DNA of 64,000 bases. Origin: an uncultured bacterium (GTDB lineage: Bacteria > Armatimonadota > Hebobacteria > CAIYQO01). Of the stretch, positions 48,081-56,151 are shown one piece after another. Position numbers and translations under genes: made by a program. The notes under the pieces are model-generated. The model was not told where the DNA came from. It made no database searches and worked only from the letters and a program-made list of their open reading frames with translations. The stretch is from the NCBI GenBank assembly GCA_964472305.1, contig CAYYJR010000017.1, positions 27,975-91,974 on the forward strand, given 5' to 3'. The stretch's first letter is position 1. Each line of letters opens with the position of its first letter.

Positions 48081-48124
48081 CTGATACGCGTCAGAATAGT
48101 ATCGCTTCACTCTGTGACTGTCAA
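48081..48124 (-). promoter_or_regulatory. Promoter-operator cassette (site f): minus strand TTGACA-N17-TACTAT-T-CTGACGCGTATCAG
   Basis: Operator at 48081..48094. About 60 nt upstream of the ATG at 48026. Confidence 0.7.
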
Positions 48125-48334
48125 GAGGTTTGGGCGTGAGTAGCGGTTCACCGTTGTCAGTGCTCGATTCTCGGTTATTAGATCCGGCGCAACCGTGAAC
48201 TATGTCGGACAGATTCAGTGCAACCGACCTGTGCCGGGCCATTCCACCGGCGGCGAATCGTGATGATCGCCAAGGTGGTGGGTGCCCACCGACACATTGC
48301 CGGTAAGGTGTACCGGGCAGGAGGCTGCACGGCA

Positions 48335-49396
48335 TCACCAGACGCGCTTGATCAATTTGGGCGCGGGACCCTGGGATCTCCGTTTGACGATAGTGCAGGG
48401 GAGAATAAAATCCCGCTGCTCTGACTCGTCATCCTCGTCGACGCGGTGTGCGAGTATGCGCTGTACTACCTCGACGATCTGGTGTGTGGGAATTTCGATG
48501 GTGGTCAGCGGAACGCAGGCATACTCGCCCGAGTCAATGCCTTCGAATCCCACAACAGTGATGTCCTCCGGCACCCGGACGCCGGCGTTCGTCAAGGCAT
48601 AGATCAAGCCGATCGCCTTCATGTCATCCGGCATCATGATCGCGGTACAGGCGTGGTCCTGCATCAGCATCATCACCTGGGACAACAACTGGGCGCCGCG
48701 CGCATAGCCGTTATCGGTGGTCAGCCCGGTTTCATCAATGGACAGCAGCGTGACGGCGCGTTCGTCCTCGGCCATCTCCCCGAAGTGGCGTCCCTTCACA
48801 TAATCGGTAATGGCAACGACGCGATGGCCGGAGTGGAGGAGATGGCGCAGCATGTTATGGAGCGCGCCATGGCGATCGAACCCGATGCGGTAGCAACGGG
48901 GGAAGGAGACGTCGGGCAGCTGATACACGCCAAACAGGTAGTCAATCAGGAAGAGGCGTCGACCGCGCATCATCGTAGAAAACTGGGGGGTGGACAGGCA
49001 GGCGTTGATCAAGTTGTTGCCCAGCACGATTACGTCGTTGACTTTCCGTCCTAGCAGGTTGCGCACCCCGGGCAGAAAGGAGTGCAGATCAACAGCCTGG
49101 AAGACCGGCATGATCTCGGTCTCATACAGCATCTTCAGCAGCAGGAAATACATCGTGTGCTGGCTTTCTGTCAAGGCGTTGGATTCATTGCTGATGAGAA
49201 TACCCACCTGGTCTGTTCGCCCGGCGGCCACCCGGGAGGCGTTCAGATCCTTGACGTAACCGTGTTTCTCGGCATACGCCAGGATACGCGCCTGCGTCGC
49301 CTTGGAGATGCCGTAGCGATCAGCCTTGCCGTTCAAGGTTACCGAAACGGTGGTATAAGATATCTTCAAATCGTGGGCAATATCCACTAAACGCAT
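48335..49396 (-). CDS. LacI family transcriptional regulator
   Basis: N-terminal HTH MRLVDIAHDLKISYTTVSVTLNGK...SKATQARILAYAEKHGY, followed by a periplasmic-binding-protein-like sugar-binding core. 353 aa. Confidence 0.88.
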   Translation of the reverse strand: MRLVDIAHDLKISYTTVSVTLNGKADRYGISKATQARILAYAEKHGYVKDLNASRVAAGRTDQVGILISNESNALTESQHTMYFLLLKMLYETEIMPVFQAVDLHSFLPGVRNLLGRKVNDVIVLGNNLINACLSTPQFSTMMRGRRLFLIDYLFGVYQLPDVSFPRCYRIGFDRHGALHNMLRHLLHSGHRVVAITDYVKGRHFGEMAEDERAVTLLSIDETGLTTDNGYARGAQLLSQVMMLMQDHACTAIMMPDDMKAIGLIYALTNAGVRVPEDITVVGFEGIDSGEYACVPLTTIEIPTHQIVEVVQRILAHRVDEDDESEQRDFILPCTIVKRRSQGPAPKLIKRVW

Positions 49397-49405
49397 ACGC
49401 GTCAG
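49392..49405 (-). promoter_or_regulatory. Operator-like site g overlapping the regulator's own SD/start codon
   Basis: Minus strand AAAAGGAGT-CTGACGCGTATGCG-TTTAGTG. 12/14 identical to site f; the ATG of the LacI gene lies inside it. Confidence 0.5.
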
Positions 49406-49878
49406 ACTCCTTTTCTGCGCCAGTCATCTGACAGGCAACAGGTAGTACCCGTTTTATGGCACTAACGATATATATGTCACAAGTTTTTAGCGATTTTGTC
49501 AAGTCGAACAATTATTCAATCTCGATTAAAACAGTCAATGACATGCTCTTTTTAGTATTTCTACCAGCATATTACCGTGGGTGGCGTATTCTGGTGCCAA
49601 CGATACCGTACGCGTCGCAAATACCGGCTTTTCGGTGCTTAGACCACCGCTGCCCGTGTTGACGCTCCTTACATGGCTACTCTGCGCAACTTTCGGCGCC
49701 AGGTATTTGCTGCGAGTCGAGTGTTGACATTCCATCCAACATACAGAATCGTCCCTTCGGCGATATAGCTACGCTGCTGTTGCGCTCGTCTCCGAACAAG
49801 TGATTCGCGAAGCGGATTCCTGTTGATCCTATCCTCGGCAGAGTCGCCGGCGTGCGGAACGATATCCTGACCGGAGGA

Positions 49879-49921
49879 TTGACAAGAGGGGGAACCTGCG
49901 GTATAATCTGATGCGGGTCAG
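49879..49921 (+). promoter_or_regulatory. Promoter-operator cassette (site b): TTGACA-N17-TATAAT-CTGATGCGGGTCAG
   Basis: Consensus -35 and -10 boxes. Operator at 49908..49921 covers the predicted TSS. Drives the 50102..52432 gene through a 5' UTR of about 190 nt. Confidence 0.75.
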
Positions 49922-50101
49922 ATACCGATGAAATGATCTGGGATCAAGGAGCAGCCCGGAGTTGGCGGTACCCGCCTGGAAGGTATGAGCGAGACATAGG
50001 CCGGGAACAGGACAGGCCCTTGATCGACACAGCGGTGTTGGGAGCGCATGGCGTTTTGCCGCTGGCATGCTTCGCGGATCAGGCCTATCTTAAGGATCAT
50101 A

Positions 50102-52432
50102 ATGAATGAAATTAATTATGATGTGTGCGAATCGCACACTGCTTTACCCCACTTGGGGCGCGTCAACCTGATGCGGCTGGGCGACGAGGAACCTGCCGGC
50201 TTATGGATCACCTCACTGCCGGTGCCGCCCGGGGCCGACTACGCAATGAGCCTGAACGGTCGCTCCACCTATGTTGAACCCCTCGGAGCCTGGCCGGGAC
50301 GGACTACTACATCTCCGCGCCGTCTGCTGCTGGTGGCAGATGGCGAAGAAACCGCTCCACCGACGCTTGCCCTCGCCCATGCGGGCGCCGCACCGGCAAC
50401 CCCGACTCCAACGACGGAAATGGAGCTCATCGCGCGTGCGCCACGCAAATTCTTCATCTGGGAACAGCACGGCCTGCGGATCGACTGGGGGGATCAGTCG
50501 GTACTCCTCGCACTCGGAATGCACGTGGACGACACGGTGCACTGGTGGGAGAACTGCCGACTCGTTACCGTGGCGGAGTCGCCCGTCTGCCGTACCGTCA
50601 TGATGTCCGGCGCCATTCCATCTCACAAGGTGAATCTGGATCATTTCAGCCGACATCACGGGTATACGGACCCGTTCCTCCATCAGCATAACTGGATCTA
50701 CGGGCAGATTTATGCCCGCCTGTATGCCAATGGCGTCTGTGAAATTTTTGCCCGGCATATCAACAGCCGGTATGTCGATCTCGGTCAGGATCTCACGAAC
50801 GCTGTGCCGGTCTTCGGCCTGCGCACCCCGGACAGCATGGCCGACATGGACGCGCTGTCCGGGCGCTGGGATGGAACACGCACTGCGCTCACTCTGGGCG
50901 GCGTCCGCTTCGACGTCACCGACATCGCGCACCTGGCTACGCCTGAACAACCCGGGCAGATGGCGGTAGTGGACGGCATACTCGCCTGGCAACCGTATCT
51001 GGGGATGGAGCTCTTCGGCGGTGTGGCACCGGAGCAGATTACCGGCGATGCCTTCATCATTCACGCCGAAGATCGGACGATCCCTCGCGGCATGGCCCGC
51101 AGCCTGCGCTGCTCGCTCAGTCTGAATCCTGCCCGCTCCCCGCGCGTGGCGCGCTACCTGGCGCCGGCATGGTGGTACGGCTTGTGCGAAGAGCTTTCTC
51201 CCGCGCCCCTGTTGCCGGTTGACAACGCATTTTCGCCCTATCTGGACCAACATCGCCAGTGGTTCCGCGCGTGCACGCAGCAGCAAGGATTTGAAGACGG
51301 CTGTGTCCCGCGCCAAGCAGCGATTGGGCAGGCACGACGTCCCGAGCCCGGCTGGGAAGGCGAAGTGCCCGGCGCCATGTTCCTCTGCGCATGGCGCACC
51401 GGCGATGCACTCGACTACGACCTGGCTATGCGGGCGTCCTACGCCTTTACCGACATTTATGTGAACCATGCCGATAAGGGCGTGCGCATGCACGGGCAGG
51501 CGCCGCCGGCGATTTCGCTGCCGATGGCGCGCGTTCACGGCTGCGTGCTTGCGTACCTGGAGACAGGAGACCCGTACCTGCTCGATACGGCGCGGGCAGT
51601 CATCGAGAATAGCTACTGGCTGCATAAGAACGCCTGGCCCCGATTGTCTATCGGTCGCGACGCCTGCTTTGTGCGCGGGGCGGTGTTGCTTTACCGCTAC
51701 CTGAACGAGACACATTTCCTGGAGATCGCCCGGGAGTGCATCCGGACGATCGGCCAATCGCAATTCCCCGATGGCAGCTTTGGCGATCAGGGCGGCGGCA
51801 CCGGCATCCACGGCAGCAACTCCTATGTGGTTAAACCCTGGATGGGCAGCATGGCCGTCGGACCGGTTATCGACTACCTGGAGCTCTACCCGGAGGATAC
51901 AGCGGCGCGCGCCATCGTGCTGAAATTTGCCGATTGGTTGCTTCGTGAACGCGTCGAGCATGCACCGGGCATCCGCTCCTGGTCCTATCAGCATTTTTAT
52001 GCCGGCATGCGCGAGCATTTCCGCCCTAATACCGGCCAATATATTATCCTGCCCGACAGGATCCCCTGGTGTGGCGATTATTTGGCGCGCATCCTGCCAT
52101 TCTGCTCCCTGATCACCGGCAATCCGGCCTACTTCGATGCCTGGGCGGAAGCCTTCAACGGCAAACTACATGCCAGCAAGAAGACACGTCTGGAAGGCGG
52201 CGACCATGCCACCGCGCAGGCCTGGCAATACATCCCCTGGGTACAGCAGCGTATCTGGCAAGCCACGCAAACCCCGGAAGGCGTGCAAATCGCCCCAACC
52301 TTTTTCAGCCCCAGCACCCCGCGTGAGGGCACCGTGCTAACCCCCGACGGTCCGGTGGAGGTTACCTGGAATGGCTCTGACATCGAGATGCTGGTCGCCA
52401 CGGATCCGGAGCAACACCCGGCGCCCACCTGA
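50102..52432 (+). CDS. Conserved hypothetical 776-aa protein (beta-rich N-terminus plus (alpha/alpha)-toroid-like C-terminus)
   Basis: Start ATG 50102 follows AAGGA. Helical-repeat C-terminal half (GDPYLLDTARAVIENSYW, RGAVLLYRYLNETHFLEIAREC, DGSFGDQGGG). No signal peptide. Confidence 0.5.
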   Translation: MNEINYDVCESHTALPHLGRVNLMRLGDEEPAGLWITSLPVPPGADYAMSLNGRSTYVEPLGAWPGRTTTSPRRLLLVADGEETAPPTLALAHAGAAPATPTPTTEMELIARAPRKFFIWEQHGLRIDWGDQSVLLALGMHVDDTVHWWENCRLVTVAESPVCRTVMMSGAIPSHKVNLDHFSRHHGYTDPFLHQHNWIYGQIYARLYANGVCEIFARHINSRYVDLGQDLTNAVPVFGLRTPDSMADMDALSGRWDGTRTALTLGGVRFDVTDIAHLATPEQPGQMAVVDGILAWQPYLGMELFGGVAPEQITGDAFIIHAEDRTIPRGMARSLRCSLSLNPARSPRVARYLAPAWWYGLCEELSPAPLLPVDNAFSPYLDQHRQWFRACTQQQGFEDGCVPRQAAIGQARRPEPGWEGEVPGAMFLCAWRTGDALDYDLAMRASYAFTDIYVNHADKGVRMHGQAPPAISLPMARVHGCVLAYLETGDPYLLDTARAVIENSYWLHKNAWPRLSIGRDACFVRGAVLLYRYLNETHFLEIARECIRTIGQSQFPDGSFGDQGGGTGIHGSNSYVVKPWMGSMAVGPVIDYLELYPEDTAARAIVLKFADWLLRERVEHAPGIRSWSYQHFYAGMREHFRPNTGQYIILPDRIPWCGDYLARILPFCSLITGNPAYFDAWAEAFNGKLHASKKTRLEGGDHATAQAWQYIPWVQQRIWQATQTPEGVQIAPTFFSPSTPREGTVLTPDGPVEVTWNGSDIEMLVATDPEQHPAPT

Positions 52433-52441
52433 TCCGGGATC

Positions 52442-52489
52442 ATCACGACGGTCGAGCGTGCGTCGAGACACCCCCCCGACCGTCGTGAT
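52442..52489. terminator. Perfect 13-bp inverted repeat between convergent genes (candidate bidirectional terminator)
   Basis: ATCACGACGGTCG-(22 nt)-CGACCGTCGTGAT, starting 10 nt after the stop at 52432. Confidence 0.5.
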
Positions 52490-52571
52490 TGCGCTCCAAG
52501 GCACTGAAGGACTGCGAAACATCTTGGAACTCCGGTGGTACATTCACCGCAGAAAAGCGGCACCGACTTGA

Positions 52572-53861
52572 TCACTCACAGGATGTGCCGACCATGCCGC
52601 GGACAACCGCCGTCAACCGCGGCAAGTCCGATGGAGTCGCCTGCCCGCCCGGCGCCGCCCAGGAGACGCCTTGTTGCGACGGGAAGCGACCGGTGCCGAT
52701 AAAGGTCAGGGCGATCTCGGTGAGACCGTCGATTCCGGTCGTATGAATCTCTGGATGCTGTGCCATTTGCTCTATCTTACACGCTGACCCCGGCACGGAG
52801 ACAATGCGCCCGGCTGCCACGTAAGCCAGGTTGTTGAGCAGCACGAAAGGTCGCGTGTCGTCCAGGCGGATAAGCGGACGGTTTGCCTCACCGCGAAGAT
52901 AGGCAAAATATTGCCGGATATTCGCGCTCAAACGATGCTCGACCGCCACCGGGATGCGCTCACATCGCCCATCATTCCACTGCACCGTGAATACTTTATT
53001 CGGGTGACCGTCCGGCCCGGATTCTTGTTGTCCGGTAATCGTCGCGTGCTCGCACTCCACCCACTCCTGGTCATACGGCGTCCCGTTGCATGCGTGCGAC
53101 ATCGCCAGCAACACCTCTGGTCCATTTTCCAGCGCCGCGCGGACGAAGATGGTATCAGTGCCTTCAATGGAGTTCGCCCGATAGAGTTCCGCCGTGACGT
53201 CATTGATCTGTCCCCACTGCCAGTCTCCATGCAGGCCTCCCCAGAACAGCGCACTGTTGACGGCGTGGGCCATCGCATTGCCCATCACGGAATCCAGCAC
53301 CAGGCGTTCATCGAGCATCAGCCGTCCCGCCCAGGCAGCACGGGCATAATACGAGGACGGCCGTGGTGACATCCCCACCATGCTGATCCGCCGTATCGCA
53401 CCGAACTCTCCCGCAACCAGGCGCTGCTTCAACGCCAGTCGCGCTCCCTCGCCAATGTAACTGAATCCGACCATGGTGTCGCGCGTTGCCGTCGCCTCCA
53501 CGGCCAGCATGCGGAGCAATTCGTGATAATCAAGCGTCGGCGGTTTCTCGAGGTAGACGGGCAGTTTCCGCGTGACGCACGCCTGGTGCATCGGCGCATG
53601 CAATGGAATCGGGGTTGGTATGGTCACCACATCCAACGAATCTCGATATGCATCGAGCATGACCAGGTAATCGGTAAACAGGCCTATGCCGCGCTCGGTA
53701 AAGCGCAACGCGCACTGCCGCTCGCTAAATGTCTCCATATTGGGATCGCAGGCGCATACCAGGCGGCACGCGCCTTCCGCCTCCAAGGCGAGAATGGTGT
53801 CATGGTGATATCCGGCAAATCCACCCATGCCGATGATGCCGATGCGTATGGGATCAGACAT
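52572..53861 (-). CDS. Gfo/Idh/MocA family oxidoreductase
   Basis: IRIGIIGMGGFAGYHH Rossmann N-terminus, YLEKPP (EKP motif). 429 aa, 28 nt downstream of the CRTAC1-like gene. Confidence 0.8.
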   Translation of the reverse strand: MSDPIRIGIIGMGGFAGYHHDTILALEAEGACRLVCACDPNMETFSERQCALRFTERGIGLFTDYLVMLDAYRDSLDVVTIPTPIPLHAPMHQACVTRKLPVYLEKPPTLDYHELLRMLAVEATATRDTMVGFSYIGEGARLALKQRLVAGEFGAIRRISMVGMSPRPSSYYARAAWAGRLMLDERLVLDSVMGNAMAHAVNSALFWGGLHGDWQWGQINDVTAELYRANSIEGTDTIFVRAALENGPEVLLAMSHACNGTPYDQEWVECEHATITGQQESGPDGHPNKVFTVQWNDGRCERIPVAVEHRLSANIRQYFAYLRGEANRPLIRLDDTRPFVLLNNLAYVAAGRIVSVPGSACKIEQMAQHPEIHTTGIDGLTEIALTFIGTGRFPSQQGVSWAAPGGQATPSDLPRLTAVVRGMVGTSCE

Positions 53862-53889
53862 TCGCTACTCCTTCACGAACTCAAATATC

Positions 53890-55512
53890 TCAATCTGCTG
53901 TCACCCTGGAGTCCAGTGACGGCACCGGACCAAATTCCACCAGTAACTGCTGGTTCACCTTTACCTGTGGCAGCACCTTCTGCTGTCCCTGCCAGGTTAC
54001 CACCAGATCGCACGCGGTGACGGCACCCAATCCCAGGTGCGCCAGCGCCTCTTCCCCGGTGGCATACCCGTTGCCGATAGACAGGTCATACCGCGCGAGA
54101 AGCGCGGTGGCTTGCCCGGCCTGCCCGGTCCGATAGGCGCGGATAATGGCCCCGATACCCATGGGATTGAAGCCCGGCCGCGTCCCTTTCACATGTACCT
54201 GCAACCAGTTGCCGCCGGGGGTCATGTTGCGCAAAGCCAGGTTGGCGGTCTCATCGAACCAGGCGGGCAAGATCAGGTCCAGCCGTCCGTCCCGTTCCAG
54301 GTCGACTACGGCGCCGGGGGCGTAATAACACAGGATGCGCTCGACGGGGGGCACCGCGAACTGCGGCACACCGGCGGGATTGTTGCCCAGATTGCGCAAG
54401 ATAAACGGGCATGACCGATCATTCTGATCCGCATACAGCATACTCAGCGCGACATCCAGTCGACCGTCGTTATCCATATCGCGGAGCGCCACTTGCGCAC
54501 CTTTTATGATGCTGCGCGTAATGGGGCTGGTCGGCGGAAAGACCACCCGTCGAATCTCTGTGAACTGCGGCACGCCGTCTTGGATGCCCCGGTTCTGATA
54601 AATGAAGATCATGCCGGGTTGCCCATGCACGGTAATAACCAGGTCAAGTAAATCGTCACCGTTCAGATCGCCAAATACTGCACCGCAGGGCCACCATTCG
54701 CCTTGTGCCTTTGGCAACACCAGTTGCCAGCGGTTCTCTGCCGAACGGTACTGACCGGTTGGCCCACTAACAAAGAGACGGTTCGCATGCGCGACGAAAA
54801 TATCCAGCGTACCATCATTGTTGACATCGGCAAGTGCGAGTCCCAGCGCCGTGGTATCCTCGAGCGGAAAGCCTAATGTCTCGGTGACATCGGTAAACGT
54901 CCAGTTTCCTTCATTGCGTAGAATATGCAGCCGATTCTTGAGTGGATCGCGATAGGCGCCATCGGAGAAAATCAGGTCCAGCAGTCCATCGCGGTTGAAA
55001 TCCAGTACCGCGATATTGCGCGTGGAAACGGTGGTCAACCAATCAGGCGGTTGCGGCGTTGCATCTCGAAATCGTCCCTGCCCCAGATTTTCGAACAGCA
55101 TACTCCGACAAGTTTGCCGATTCACATGGTTGCCCACTACCAAATCCAGGCGCCCGTCGTTATTCAAATCAACGAAAAGCGCCATCGTGGTGCGTGCCTT
55201 TTTTCCGATCAGGAAGGTAGTGTCATCCGGTGAAAGCGTAAAGCGTCCGGCGGTGTTGAGAAACAACATGTTCGGTAGTGGAGCGCCAGGTTGCTTGAAT
55301 AGCGGACGGTCAGCGAAGGCGCCCAAATACAGGTCGGGCAAGCCATCGCCCGTGCAATCGCCCACCGCGATGCCGTGGGCTGTCCGCCATGCCTGCAAAG
55401 GCTCGGATAATCCGAGTTGACGCGTGACATCTTCAAAGATGAATTGTGCTTGCGCCAGTGACGCGAGCAGCAGGATACCCAGCCAGCTACACAATCGGTA
55501 TTTCACCCGCAT
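53890..55512 (-). CDS. CRTAC1/ASPIC-UnbV family protein with FG-GAP/VCBS repeats, secreted
   Basis: Signal peptide MRVKYRLCSWLGILLLASLAQA. Repeats NNDGRLDLVVGNH, NRDGLLDLIFSDG, NNDGTLDIFVAHA, NGDDLLDLVITVHG, DNDGRLDVALS, ERDGRLDLILPAW. UnbV_ASPIC-like C-terminus. The GTG at 55506 (7 nt after AAGGAG) is an alternative start. Confidence 0.8.
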   Translation of the reverse strand: MRVKYRLCSWLGILLLASLAQAQFIFEDVTRQLGLSEPLQAWRTAHGIAVGDCTGDGLPDLYLGAFADRPLFKQPGAPLPNMLFLNTAGRFTLSPDDTTFLIGKKARTTMALFVDLNNDGRLDLVVGNHVNRQTCRSMLFENLGQGRFRDATPQPPDWLTTVSTRNIAVLDFNRDGLLDLIFSDGAYRDPLKNRLHILRNEGNWTFTDVTETLGFPLEDTTALGLALADVNNDGTLDIFVAHANRLFVSGPTGQYRSAENRWQLVLPKAQGEWWPCGAVFGDLNGDDLLDLVITVHGQPGMIFIYQNRGIQDGVPQFTEIRRVVFPPTSPITRSIIKGAQVALRDMDNDGRLDVALSMLYADQNDRSCPFILRNLGNNPAGVPQFAVPPVERILCYYAPGAVVDLERDGRLDLILPAWFDETANLALRNMTPGGNWLQVHVKGTRPGFNPMGIGAIIRAYRTGQAGQATALLARYDLSIGNGYATGEEALAHLGLGAVTACDLVVTWQGQQKVLPQVKVNQQLLVEFGPVPSLDSRVTAD

Positions 55513-55548
55513 GCTCCTTTCTGATCGGCACACTGATCTGGATTGCCG

Positions 55549-55999
55549 TCATCCTCTTTTCCCAGATCGATCACGATGGTCGTTTTCTCCGCGAGACTGC
55601 CCGGGGCATGGGACCGTCAAACCGCCAGGATATTCGCACCGGGATGCACGGTATTGGTCACGTCGCCAGGAACGTGCCGGTCCACTCGGTGCGGGGACGG
55701 TTGTTGGGTCCGTTCGCCAGCCGGTTGTTGCGATAGACCATGGCATCGGAAGGCAGCACGGAGAAGTACACCGCAATGCGCCCGTGCTGCTCCGGTACGG
55801 TAAAGGCGCACAGAATCGCGGGCAGCGACTGATTGGTGGTGGGCGGCGTGGTGTAATCCGCGCAGGCGTAGAAAGTCGGCACCGAGTCGGGGAGACTTTG
55901 GCCACTTCGGTGGAACTGGCGACCAGGCTTGCGGTGGGTTTCAACGTATTGTCCTCGCTGGTGAGGCTGGCTGCCAGGAATACAGGACAGGATCACCAT
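55549..55999 (-). pseudogene. Decayed pseudopilin-like (DUF1559 / H-X9-DG type) gene remnant
   Basis: The 113-aa frame has very high GC3 (...SLPAILCAFTVPEQHGRIAVYFSVLPSDAMVYRNNRLANGPNNRPRTEWTGTFLAT*). It continues in other frames as ...VHPGANILAV* and FDG..., that is, an H-X9-DG-like motif broken by frameshifts. No prepilin N-terminus. Confidence 0.4.
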
Positions 56000-56004
56000 A
56001 AAAT

Positions 56005-56046
56005 CTGACGCGTATCATATTAGCACTGGATCCCCCCATTATGCAA
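56005..56046 (-). promoter_or_regulatory. Promoter-operator cassette (site e): minus strand TTGCAT-N18-TAATAT overlapping operator (plus-strand read CTGACGCGTATCAT)
   Basis: Operator at 56005..56018. Would drive the remnant, CRTAC1 and oxidoreductase unit. Confidence 0.55.
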
Positions 56047-56117
56047 TCCTGTGGATAAATAAACTGCCGCCGGTTTACCAACAAGGAGATACCACGACCG
56101 ACGAAGAATCATGTAAC

Positions 56118-56131
56118 CTGATGCGCATCAC
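56118..56131 (+). promoter_or_regulatory. Operator site d (CTGATGCGCATCAC), 21 nt upstream of the MatB-like start
   Basis: 13/14 match to the palindrome consensus. No strong -35/-10 pair was recognised upstream. Confidence 0.55.
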
Positions 56132-56151
56132 GCGGACAGGGGGAGCAGGTC

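Noticed and set aside
49598-49620. Degenerate operator-like string GATACCGTACGCGTCGC in the AT-richer spacer between the LacI gene and promoter b.
   Set aside because: It needs a 5-nt insertion to align with the 14-mer, and the outer CTGA/TCAG arms are missing. Not counted as a site.
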